In this document: one piece after another, positions 18,262 to 26,868 of the stretch | Layout: every line of letters starts with the position of its first letter | Position numbering within the stretch: the stretch's first letter is position 1 | Origin: a virus | Lineage: Duplodnaviria; Heunggongvirae; Uroviricota; Caudoviricetes | Virus record (IMG/VR): IMGVR_UViG_2684622582_000004 | Direction: 5' to 3' (one strand) | DNA length: 35,256 nucleotides | Notes under the pieces: model-generated | What the model saw: the letters and a program-made list of their open reading frames with translations, nothing else | Database searches by the model: none | Told to the model about the DNA's origin: nothing | Made by a program: the position numbers and the translations under genes

Positions 18262-18514
18262 CGTTTTCGTCCTGACAGTGTTTAATCATTTTTACCTGGC
18301 TGGCACAGCGTGCCAGCGCGTTCTCAAGCTGCCGGATATCGGCACTTAAATCACCGTTCGTCTCCGGGTCACTGCCCGGCATCGGGCAAAGGCTCACTTT
18401 CGGGCAGGCGTTGTGGACAATCACTGGCGTCGGTGCAGGCCGGGCGCTGGTGCAACCGGCGCACAGCATCAGGCAGGTCAGCACCGTACCAGCGGCGAAA
18501 ATCTTCGTTTTCAT
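18224..18514 (-). CDS. lysC: LysC-like outer-membrane lipoprotein spanin (Rz1-like), 96 aa, out-of-frame overlap with lysB and R
   Basis: ATG at 18514. N-terminus MKTKIFAAGTVLTCLMLCAGC has a lipobox-like LCAGC and a Pro-rich body. It overlaps the lysB 3' end and the R 5' end. Confidence 0.65.
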   Translation of the reverse strand: MKTKIFAAGTVLTCLMLCAGCTSARPAPTPVIVHNACPKVSLCPMPGSDPETNGDLSADIRQLENALARCASQVKMIKHCQDENDAQTRQPAQGTD

Positions 18515-18794
18515 TAAGTAATCTCGTGATGGTTTTCTCGCGCTGAGCTTCACGCTTCGCGGCGTTCTCCAGTTCCTGACGCAGTGCCACCTGCGCCAGC
18601 TCGTTTTTGTCTGCCCTGGTGAGGGCAACATGAAGCTGGTTTTTCAGCATGGTGATGGTCGTCTGCTGTTCACTGGCGACGCTGTTCGCCCTGTCCAGCA
18701 AGGCGCGCAGGCTGGCATTTTTGTGTTTCACCAGAAACAGACCGGCCACCGCCAGCGATAACAACACAACCAGCACAATCATCAGTTTTGACAT
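18369..18794 (-). CDS. lysB: LysB-like inner-membrane spanin (Rz-like), 141 aa
   Basis: N-terminal TM helix (MSKLMIVLVVLLSLAVAGLFL) followed by a coiled-coil-like region; position after lysA. Confidence 0.75.
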   Translation of the reverse strand: MSKLMIVLVVLLSLAVAGLFLVKHKNASLRALLDRANSVASEQQTTITMLKNQLHVALTRADKNELAQVALRQELENAAKREAQREKTITRLLNENEDFRRWYGADLPDAVRRLHQRPACTDASDCPQRLPESEPLPDAGQ

Positions 18795-19207
18795 GGTTCC
18801 CGCCCCTCAAGACGCTGACGGCAGGCCGTACGTATCAGCCGGAAGAACACCGACGCCACGAGGTAAATCAGTGCGGTAAAAATCCACCCGGCAGCGACCA
18901 GCGAGATAAACGTCGCCACCATCACCATCAGAGCCGCTGCCCGTCTGCGCCACGGCACCGGCTGCAAAAACAGCGACGTGACAATCTTCACGGCCAGCGA
19001 TTCCGGCGGCAGCTCCCGCCTGTAGCGTTCCAGCACATACTCAGTGGCATACACGCCGACACCACCGGCAACCACACAGATAACCGTCGCCAGAATCGCC
19101 CAGGCGGCGACAAAACTGACGGCCACGCTCTGCGGGTAAATCAGGGACAGTGCCAGCATCAGCGCCAGCGACACGTTCAGCATCAGTGAAAGGGATAATT
19201 TCTTCAT
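18782..19207 (-). CDS. lysA: LysA-like membrane protein (lysis timing), 141 aa
   Basis: Multi-TM hydrophobic protein between endolysin K and lysB. Confidence 0.7.
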   Translation of the reverse strand: MKKLSLSLMLNVSLALMLALSLIYPQSVAVSFVAAWAILATVICVVAGGVGVYATEYVLERYRRELPPESLAVKIVTSLFLQPVPWRRRAAALMVMVATFISLVAAGWIFTALIYLVASVFFRLIRTACRQRLEGREPCQN

Positions 19208-19221
19208 GGTGTTTACTCCGT

Positions 19222-19719
19222 TTAAGCCGGTACGCCGCCAGCGGTACGCCAGACGGTGACCAGTTTTTCCAGTGAATGCTCACGCTGACCGTAACCGGCT
19301 CCCGGCAGGGACGCCCAGATATTGCGACAGCGTGCAATGGCGCGCTCAATGCGCCCCGCCCGGATGTCATCCAGCGCACCGCGTTCGCGGATCAACTGAA
19401 TGGCGAGTCTGTCCTGTGACAGCGGACTGAAATCCGGCAGGGCAAGCTGTTTGCGGTAGTGCGGCCAGAACAGGTAAAGCTGCTGATAGCGACCGGAGGC
19501 CGTGGATTTTTCACCGCGACGGTTAAACACCTTCGCCGGTCGGCCATGCGCGAACGGGTGGTCACTGTAGTCGGTGAATATTTCCGGCTTTCCGTCCAGT
19601 CCGGTGACTATCACGTCATAGCCCCGGTTTTTCGTCAGCGGGTGATTCGCCGTCCCTTCGGACACGGCCAGCATGTCGAGAAAGGCGGCGATATTCTGAT
19701 GCGTGTTAATTACCGGCAT
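19222..19719 (-). CDS. K: endolysin (P2 gpK-like lysozyme), 165 aa
   Basis: Synteny (after holin Y) and P2 length. Confidence 0.87.
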   Translation of the reverse strand: MPVINTHQNIAAFLDMLAVSEGTANHPLTKNRGYDVIVTGLDGKPEIFTDYSDHPFAHGRPAKVFNRRGEKSTASGRYQQLYLFWPHYRKQLALPDFSPLSQDRLAIQLIRERGALDDIRAGRIERAIARCRNIWASLPGAGYGQREHSLEKLVTVWRTAGGVPA

Positions 19720-20000
19720 TACGGTTTCCCCCTGCCCTTAAAGCGGCGCTGAATGGCAATCTCAATCACCTGATAACCGGCGATACCCAGCATGGAGCCG
19801 ATACCGCACACCGCAGGCAGTGACAGGTCAGGAAACTGCACCAGAACAACACCGGCAACCATCGAGACAAAACCACCGAGCAACATGCGCCCGATAAACA
19901 GACGCGGGGTGATGGGTTCACCACCGGCAAGCACCTTGCCGACAACAATCAGCACTCCAATCATGAAAAGCGACAGGACGCTTTTTTCTTCTGCTGTCAT
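19719..20000 (-). CDS. Y: holin (P2 gpY-like), 93 aa
   Basis: Hydrophobic TM-rich 93-aa protein immediately upstream of the endolysin. Confidence 0.85.
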   Translation of the reverse strand: MTAEEKSVLSLFMIGVLIVVGKVLAGGEPITPRLFIGRMLLGGFVSMVAGVVLVQFPDLSLPAVCGIGSMLGIAGYQVIEIAIQRRFKGRGKP

Positions 20001-20003
20001 GCG

Positions 20004-20207
20004 TTACTCCCACAGATTGACAGTTTCAGCCACGGGCGCGGTCTGAACGTCGGGCAGTTCGACGGCGGTGCCGTGCGGCAGCACCGCGCCCAGTTCAGCC
20101 AGTCCCGGATTTGCGGCGAGCACGGCCTCGACCACGCGCTCAGTGCGCCCGTAATACCGGACACAAATGGCGTCGAGCGTGTCGCCCTGTAGCGCAAAGG
20201 TCTTCAT
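20004..20207 (-). CDS. X: tail protein X (P2 gpX-like), 67 aa
   Basis: In-frame ATG at 20207 (MKTFALQGDTLDAICVRYYG...) overlapping the L stop (TGATG). Confidence 0.8.
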   Translation of the reverse strand: MKTFALQGDTLDAICVRYYGRTERVVEAVLAANPGLAELGAVLPHGTAVELPDVQTAPVAETVNLWE

Positions 20208-20716
20208 CAGATTTGACTCACGATGCAGCGCGGCTTGTCCTGGATACGCGCCACCGCCCAGCGCATATCCCGCCACAGTTCATCAATGGTGCTGTCAATG
20301 CTGTCGGCCTTCTTGTCGCCTTTCGCACTGGCATCCACGCCGCGATAACGCTCATAAAGCGACGCGGTCGCCATCGCACACACGGCGCGCTCGTAGTAAA
20401 AAACCTTGATGCTTTCACCGTCGATATCGTCTGCCGGGACGTCAGCCAGACGCGTAAAACCGGCGGCAATTTTCTGTTCGCGGTACTCGTACAGCTCCGC
20501 ATTCGTCTCCGCCATGCCTGACTTGATGGCCTCACGCAGACGGGCAGGGGCGACGGTCTGCTCAAGGCGCATACGTTCCCGGACGCGCTTCGGGTCGATA
20601 TCGGGAAAAAAGAACGTGTTTTTAATCACCGGCTCGTCGCCTGCCGGTTGCGGGATGACCACCGTACCCTCACCGGATACAGGAGCCTCCTTTCGCGGAA
20701 TAATCAGCGTCATCAT
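20207..20716 (-). CDS. L: head completion/stabilisation protein (P2 gpL-like), 169 aa
   Basis: The ORF-track start at 20776 is GTG. In-frame ATG at 20716 (MMTLIIPRKEAPVSG...) gives 169 aa, the P2 gpL length. Confidence 0.85.
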   Translation of the reverse strand: MMTLIIPRKEAPVSGEGTVVIPQPAGDEPVIKNTFFFPDIDPKRVRERMRLEQTVAPARLREAIKSGMAETNAELYEYREQKIAAGFTRLADVPADDIDGESIKVFYYERAVCAMATASLYERYRGVDASAKGDKKADSIDSTIDELWRDMRWAVARIQDKPRCIVSQI

Positions 20717-20815
20717 GACCACCTCTGAAAAGTCGGGCGGTGGACGCCGGTACAGTGTCAGGTGATTCACCCTCACTGACCGGCGTGCCGCCCTGGCGCG
20801 GGGCGCATTCGGTTG

Positions 20816-21559
20816 TTAACTGGCTTTCTTTTTCGGGCGTCCACGTTTTGCCGGGGTCACGCTCCGGGTCTTACGCGGGGCGCGGGTGACCGCTTTTGGC
20901 TGCGGCTCCGGCTTCGGTTTCAGCTCCCGCTCCAGTCGTTCAATCTCTTTTTTGACGCCTGCCTGACAGTCGAGCTGTGTCGCACGTTGCAGGTGAGCCA
21001 GCGCACCGGCGGCATCACCAGCGTCACGCAGAAACAGACCGGTGATTTTGTGCAGCTTTGCGCGCACTTCATCAGGCATGTCAGCCGTGGCGGTCAGTTC
21101 AAGGGTCTCCGTCAGCAGGCGGGTATCCACAGACTCACCGGCAGCGTGGGCGCGCATGGCCGCAAGCGCCACCTCCTCGGTGAACATGTACGGCGGGGTG
21201 CGGCGGTGTTTACCCGGCATGGTCAGACCGTACTTCAGGGCATAACGGGCAATCTCCAGCGCACCGGCAATATCGCCGGTATCCAGACGCCACAGCATGA
21301 CCGTCATCAGAATGTCATCCTGTGCGCCTTTGCCCTGCTCCAGCACGCCGTTCACCCATGGCAACCAGAACGGCAGCAGTTCGCGTTTTTTCGCGGCCTT
21401 CAGCTCTTTTGAATAAATCGCTTTCAGTGTGCGCTGGTCTGCGGCCAGCTTGACCAGCATCTGCTCATAGACAGTTGCATGTCGCAGCGGGGCGGCTTCC
21501 CGCTGCGCGGTCATCGCTGCCGAGACCCGCATCATGTGGCGCTGTGCGGGACTCGTCAT
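20816..21559 (-). CDS. M: terminase small (endonuclease) subunit (P2 gpM-like), 247 aa
   Basis: Synteny and P2 length. Confidence 0.87.
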   Translation of the reverse strand: MTSPAQRHMMRVSAAMTAQREAAPLRHATVYEQMLVKLAADQRTLKAIYSKELKAAKKRELLPFWLPWVNGVLEQGKGAQDDILMTVMLWRLDTGDIAGALEIARYALKYGLTMPGKHRRTPPYMFTEEVALAAMRAHAAGESVDTRLLTETLELTATADMPDEVRAKLHKITGLFLRDAGDAAGALAHLQRATQLDCQAGVKKEIERLERELKPKPEPQPKAVTRAPRKTRSVTPAKRGRPKKKAS

Positions 21560-21562
21560 CGG

Positions 21563-22636
21563 TTACGCTCCCGGCTCTGCGGTCGCTTTAGCCGGTGTGG
21601 AGAAATCACCGACCTTAATTTTTTCCACCAGACAACCGGCGGCGTAGTCCTCCACCACGTAATCAATGTTCATTGACTCGTAGTTCTCCACGCGGTCGAG
21701 TTTCGGGTTTTCCTCAATCACGCGGCGATGGCTGTCATCCATGTAGTAGATGGACAGGTTTTCCAGCTTCGTGATGAGCATCGCATCCGCCGGGAAGTAC
21801 GGGACGCGTACCGCTGGCAGGTTGCCGATGCGTTTCTGGCTGATGATGACGTCAGCGGCCAGCATCTCGCTGTTGTCCTGCTCCTTGTTAACGATGGGGA
21901 AATACTTGTCCGCCAGTAGCTGACGCCCCACAATCACCACAAGGTCAGGGTCTTCCTGATACCACGGCTCAATCAGGTTGTTGGTCGCATCCATCACCAG
22001 TGCATCGAGGCTGGCATAATCACCGCCCTTACCCACGCGGATGACCTCAGAGGTGGTGCGGCCTTCCTCGTCAGTGACCTTGCTCATCACGCGCGCCGGG
22101 GCTTCATTGCGGTATTTCTGCAGCCAGCCGACCGCCACATCCTGCAGCATCGGATTGCTGCTGCGGTCAGAGGTTTCGGCACGCTTCACGCCGTTAAAAC
22201 CGGCCATGATGAAATCAAGGGACTGACGTTTGATAATGGCGTTACGGACACGGAGCTGGAAATCCTGATAACGCGCCCACAGGTCAAGCGTTTTGTAGCG
22301 GATATAAAAATCGAAGTTAATCTGGTCGCATTCGTACTTGTTTGACGCCAGCTTCGAGAAGTCCTTCGGCTGACGCTCGGTGCCACCGGCGGTGTCTGTG
22401 GTGCTGGCGATGGAGCCGGTGACACCGATACCAATTTTTTCCCCTTTCATTTCGCTGACCGGCACAATGTTGATGCGGGTCAGAAAGTCAGAGGACTCCT
22501 GCATGGTATTCATCAGGGTCTGGGTGACCGACGGTTCAACGGTGAATTTTTTCGACACATCACCGGCGTCGATGCCGTTCAGTTCGGCAACACGGGACAG
22601 GTAGGCATTAAATTTAAAGCGGGTTTCCTGGCGCAT
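21563..22636 (-). CDS. N: major capsid protein (P2 gpN-like), 357 aa
   Basis: Synteny and P2 length. Confidence 0.9.
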   Translation of the reverse strand: MRQETRFKFNAYLSRVAELNGIDAGDVSKKFTVEPSVTQTLMNTMQESSDFLTRINIVPVSEMKGEKIGIGVTGSIASTTDTAGGTERQPKDFSKLASNKYECDQINFDFYIRYKTLDLWARYQDFQLRVRNAIIKRQSLDFIMAGFNGVKRAETSDRSSNPMLQDVAVGWLQKYRNEAPARVMSKVTDEEGRTTSEVIRVGKGGDYASLDALVMDATNNLIEPWYQEDPDLVVIVGRQLLADKYFPIVNKEQDNSEMLAADVIISQKRIGNLPAVRVPYFPADAMLITKLENLSIYYMDDSHRRVIEENPKLDRVENYESMNIDYVVEDYAAGCLVEKIKVGDFSTPAKATAEPGA

Positions 22637-22694
22637 AGTTTTTCCTGAAATTAAGGGTTAATCGTGAAGGTTTTCCCGGACTGACTGACGCCGG

Positions 22695-23549
22695 TCAGCA
22701 GTTCGTCATCAGGGCGTCACCGCCACCGCCGGTGGCCTTGCTGCGGCGCTGCTGGGTCAGACTTTCGGTGTGGTCGAGGCTGTTTTTCAGGCGGGTGAAT
22801 GCCTGGCTGGTTTCATCCGCCCTGTCAGTCACATCCTGCTTAAGTGCGGAAAAGGCGGTTTCCATCTCAGCGAGGCGCTGCTCAGTGGCGCTCAGTTTTT
22901 CCTGCACATGTTCAGCAACAGCGGTCACCGCTTCATGCACGTCATTCAGACGGGCGTCATCGCTGGCCTGTTTGCGGCCAAAAATGGATTTCACCTTTTC
23001 GGTCAGGGCGGTGAACACGGTTTCAGGCAGGTCTTCAAATTCCAGCTCAACGGGCGTTGCCACTGAAATCAGGTTTTCAGGGCTTAATTTGAAGCGGTTC
23101 AGGGGGTTGTGTTTTGCCGTGCGGCAGAATTCCAGGTATTCCGTGCCGAGGCTTGCCGGGTCATCGGTGACGGCCAGACCCACCAGATAACATTTGCCGG
23201 TATTGGCAAAGTTCGGCTGAATTTCCATTGAGGTATAGACCTTCTGCGCGGCCTTGTTCATCGCGATAAGGTCATCGGTCGGGGTGATTTTCGCAAACAG
23301 CGCCCATTTGCCTTTCAGCGCCGAATCATCGTCAATCTTTTCGGCCTTCAGTTCGACCACATCGCCATAACGCTTAAAAATACCGTCAGGCAGGATGCCG
23401 CGCAGATGTTCCAGGTTAATGCGGCAACCATAGACTCGCGGGTCAAAGGTTTCGGCCATTTCCTGAATATCCTGCGCACTGATGACACGCCCGTCACAGG
23501 TGTCACCCTCAACGCCGATACGAAAGAATTTTGAGACTTTTTTTGCCAT
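22695..23549 (-). CDS. O: capsid scaffolding protein (P2 gpO-like), 284 aa
   Basis: In-frame ATG at 23549 (MAKKVSKFFRIGVEGDTCDGR...) gives the P2 gpO length. An upstream ATG at 23615 would add 22 aa. Confidence 0.83.
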   Translation of the reverse strand: MAKKVSKFFRIGVEGDTCDGRVISAQDIQEMAETFDPRVYGCRINLEHLRGILPDGIFKRYGDVVELKAEKIDDDSALKGKWALFAKITPTDDLIAMNKAAQKVYTSMEIQPNFANTGKCYLVGLAVTDDPASLGTEYLEFCRTAKHNPLNRFKLSPENLISVATPVELEFEDLPETVFTALTEKVKSIFGRKQASDDARLNDVHEAVTAVAEHVQEKLSATEQRLAEMETAFSALKQDVTDRADETSQAFTRLKNSLDHTESLTQQRRSKATGGGGDALMTNC

Positions 23550-23722
23550 TGTCAGGAGTCCTGAATAGTGATTAGAGGAGTCACATGTCGGCATCAGTTT
23601 CCCGACGATGCGCATCCTCCGCCATCAGTCCCGGATGGCTTATCACTGACACAACAGCACCTTAGCGAATCGCGGGGCGCGACTCAGTAGCCTTGCCGTG
23701 TATTCATCACGGCGAGGTATTC
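23550..23722. promoter_or_regulatory. divergent O/P intergenic region, expected site of Ogr-dependent late promoters
   Basis: Positional analogy to the P2 PO/PP late promoters only. I could not identify the activator dyad by eye. Confidence 0.35.
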
Positions 23723-25495
23723 ATGACCATCACCACAGACACCACTCTTTTACACGACCCGCGTCGTCAGGCGGCGCTGCTGTACTGGCAGGGGTTTTCC
23801 GTGCCGCAGATTGCCGCCATGTTGCAGATGAAACGCCCGACGGTGCAGAGCTGGAAACAGCGCGACGGCTGGGACAGCGTTGCCCCCATCAGCCGTGTCG
23901 AAATGAGTCTGGAAGCGCGGCTGACCCAGCTCATCATCAAACCGCAGAAAACCGGCGGTGACTTCAAGGAAATTGACCTGCTCGGACGCCAGATTGAACG
24001 ACTGGCACGGGTAAACCGTTACAGTCAGACCGGCAACGAGGCAGACCTTAATCCGAACGTCGCTAACCGCAACAAAGGCGGGCGGCGCAAACCGAAAAAG
24101 AATTTTTTCAGTGACGAGGCCATCGAAAAGCTGGAGCAGATTTTCTTTGAGCAGTCTTTCGAATATCAGTTGCACTGGTATCGCGCCGGGCTTGAGCACC
24201 GCATCCGCGATATCCTGAAATCCCGCCAGATTGGCGCGACGTTTTATTTTTCCCGCGAGGCGCTGCTGCGCGCCCTGAAAACCGGCCATAACCAGATTTT
24301 TCTGTCGGCCAGTAAAACGCAGGCGTATGTGTTCCGTGAATACATCATCGCCTTTGCCCGGCTGGTTGACGTTGACCTGACCGGTGACCCGATTGTCCTG
24401 GGCAATAACGGCGCAAAACTGATTTTTCTCGGCACCAACTCCAACACCGCACAGAGCCATAACGGCGACCTGTACGTCGACGAGATTTTCTGGATCCCGA
24501 ATTTTCAGGTACTGCGTAAGGTGGCATCAGGTATGGCCTCACAGAGTCACCTGCGCTCGACCTATTTCTCCACCCCGTCCACGCTGGCGCACGACGCCTA
24601 CCCGTTCTGGTCGGGTGAACTGTTCAACCGGGGACGCGCCAGCGCCGCCGAACGCGTGGAAATCGACGTCAGTCATAACGCCCTTGCCGGTGGGCTTCTC
24701 TGTGCGGACGGCCAGTGGCGGCAGATTGTCACCATTGAGGACGCACTGAAAGGCGGCTGCACGCTGTTCGACATTGAGCAGCTCAAACGCGAAAACAGCG
24801 CCGACGATTTTAAAAACCTGTTCATGTGTGAATTTGTTGACGACAAGGCGTCGGTATTCCCGTTCGAGGAGCTGCAACGCTGCATGGTCGACACGCTGGA
24901 AGAATGGGAAGACTATGCGCCGTTTGCCGCCAATCCGTTCGGCTCCCGCCCGGTATGGATTGGTTACGACCCGTCACACCGTGGCGACAGCGCCGGATGC
25001 GTGGTGCTGGCACCGCCGGTGGTGGCCGGTGGCAAATTCAGAATACTTGAGCGTCACCAGTGGAAAGGCATGGACTTTGCCACCCAGGCGGAATCCATCC
25101 GCAAACTCACCGAAAAATACAACGTCGAATACATCGGTATTGATGCCACCGGCCTCGGTGTCGGCGTGTTCCAGCTCGTGCGCTCGTTCTATCCCGCCGC
25201 GCGCGATATCCGCTACACGCCGGAAATGAAAACCGCAATGGTGCTCAAGGCAAAAGACGTCATCCGCCGTGGCTGTCTGGAATATGACGTCAGCGCCACC
25301 GACATCACCAGCTCGTTTATGGCTATCCGCAAGACCATGACCAGCAGCGGACGCAGCGCCACTTATGAGGCCAGCCGCAGCGAGGAAGCCAGCCACGCCG
25401 ACCTCGCCTGGGCGACCATGCACGCCCTGTTAAATGAGCCACTCACCGCCGGTATCAGCACCCCGCTGACATCCACCATTCTGGAGTTTTACTGA
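23723..25495 (+). CDS. P: terminase large (ATPase) subunit (P2 gpP-like), 590 aa
   Basis: ATG at 23723 with GAGGT SD (the ORF-track start at 23693 is TTG); 590 aa as in P2. Its stop overlaps the Q start (TGATG). Confidence 0.9.
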   Translation: MTITTDTTLLHDPRRQAALLYWQGFSVPQIAAMLQMKRPTVQSWKQRDGWDSVAPISRVEMSLEARLTQLIIKPQKTGGDFKEIDLLGRQIERLARVNRYSQTGNEADLNPNVANRNKGGRRKPKKNFFSDEAIEKLEQIFFEQSFEYQLHWYRAGLEHRIRDILKSRQIGATFYFSREALLRALKTGHNQIFLSASKTQAYVFREYIIAFARLVDVDLTGDPIVLGNNGAKLIFLGTNSNTAQSHNGDLYVDEIFWIPNFQVLRKVASGMASQSHLRSTYFSTPSTLAHDAYPFWSGELFNRGRASAAERVEIDVSHNALAGGLLCADGQWRQIVTIEDALKGGCTLFDIEQLKRENSADDFKNLFMCEFVDDKASVFPFEELQRCMVDTLEEWEDYAPFAANPFGSRPVWIGYDPSHRGDSAGCVVLAPPVVAGGKFRILERHQWKGMDFATQAESIRKLTEKYNVEYIGIDATGLGVGVFQLVRSFYPAARDIRYTPEMKTAMVLKAKDVIRRGCLEYDVSATDITSSFMAIRKTMTSSGRSATYEASRSEEASHADLAWATMHALLNEPLTAGISTPLTSTILEFY

Positions 25496-26529
25496 TGAGC
25501 AAGAAAAAAGGGAAAACACTGCAACCTGCGGCAAAAAAAATGACCGCCAGCGCCCCGAAAATGGAGGCATTCACCTTTGGCGAACCGGTGCCGGTACTCG
25601 ACCGCCGTGACATTCTGGATTACGTCGAATGCATCAGTAACGGCAGATGGTATGAGCCACCGGTCAGCTTTACCGGTCTGGCAAAAAGTCTGCGTGCTGC
25701 CGTGCATCACAGCTCACCGATTTACGTCAAACGTAATATTCTGGCTTCAACGTTTATCCCGCACCCGTGGCTTTCCCAGCAGGATTTCAGCCGCTTTGTG
25801 CTGGATTTTCTGGTGTTCGGTAATGCGTTTCTGGAAAAGCGTTACAGCACCACCGGTAAGGTCATCAGACTGGAAACCTCACCGGCAAAATATACCCGCC
25901 GTGGCGTGGAGGAGGATGTTTACTGGTGGGTGCCGTCCTTCAACGAGCCGACAGCCTTCGCGCCCGGTTCCGTGTTTCACCTGCTGGAGCCCGATATTAA
26001 TCAGGAGCTGTACGGCCTGCCGGAATATCTCAGCGCCCTTAACTCTGCCTGGCTGAATGAGTCAGCCACGCTGTTCCGCCGCAAGTATTACGAAAACGGC
26101 GCACATGCCGGATACATCATGTACGTCACCGATGCCGTGCAGGACCGCAACGATATCGAAATGCTTCGCGAAAACATGGTGAAGTCGAAAGGCCGCAACA
26201 ACTTTAAAAACCTGTTTCTCTATGCCCCGCAGGGGAAAGCCGACGGCATTAAAATTATCCCGCTCAGTGAAGTGGCGACGAAGGACGATTTTTTTAATAT
26301 CAAAAAAGCCAGCGCCGCTGACCTGCTGGACGCGCACCGCATCCCCTTTCAGTTGATGGGCGGCAAGCCGGAGAACGTCGGGTCGCTGGGTGATATTGAG
26401 AAAGTGGCAAAGGTCTTTGTCCGCAATGAGCTTATCCCGCTACAGGACAGGATCCGCGAGATAAACGGCTGGCTCGGTCAGGAGGTCATCCGCTTTAAAA
26501 ACTACTCACTGGACACTGACAACGGCTGA
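25495..26529 (+). CDS. Q: portal protein (P2 gpQ-like), 344 aa
   Basis: Synteny and P2 length. Confidence 0.9.
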   Translation: MSKKKGKTLQPAAKKMTASAPKMEAFTFGEPVPVLDRRDILDYVECISNGRWYEPPVSFTGLAKSLRAAVHHSSPIYVKRNILASTFIPHPWLSQQDFSRFVLDFLVFGNAFLEKRYSTTGKVIRLETSPAKYTRRGVEEDVYWWVPSFNEPTAFAPGSVFHLLEPDINQELYGLPEYLSALNSAWLNESATLFRRKYYENGAHAGYIMYVTDAVQDRNDIEMLRENMVKSKGRNNFKNLFLYAPQGKADGIKIIPLSEVATKDDFFNIKKASAADLLDAHRIPFQLMGGKPENVGSLGDIEKVAKVFVRNELIPLQDRIREINGWLGQEVIRFKNYSLDTDNG

Positions 26530-26534
26530 ACATC

Positions 26535-26556
26535 GCCGCCTGCGGGCGGCTTTTTT
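26535..26556 (+). terminator. rho-independent terminator after Q
   Basis: GCCGCC-TGCG-GGCGGC hairpin followed by TTTTTT. Confidence 0.65.
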
Positions 26557-26698
26557 ACAACCCGCCATCACGCCCTCACACGCTCACCACCGCACAAAAC
26601 ATCCCACAGACACACCAACGCCCCGGCGAACAATCTAAACGCCATCACGACGCGCTCAGGCGCTGAAAAAATAAAATCAGCACCACCGCCAGCGCGCA

Positions 26699-26717
26699 GT
26701 GCTTTCCCCGCCTCGCC
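26699..26717. other. cos site (19-nt cohesive end sequence of P2-type phages)
   Basis: GTGCTTTCCCCGCCTCGCC is the reverse complement of GGCGAGGCGGGGAAAGCAC, which I recall as the P2 cohesive end. It sits downstream of Q where cos is expected. Confidence 0.65.
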
Positions 26718-26868
26718 CGCCCGCTTCATGGGTCGGTTTGAATGCAGTTGAATTACAACTACCAAACCAAGCAATCCCTACTATTACGCAGAAAATGCAT
26801 ACTGAAATACCTCGTGCAAATTGATGCAGCTAAGTATGCATAGGTTTTATGCCTCAACGTATACGTTA

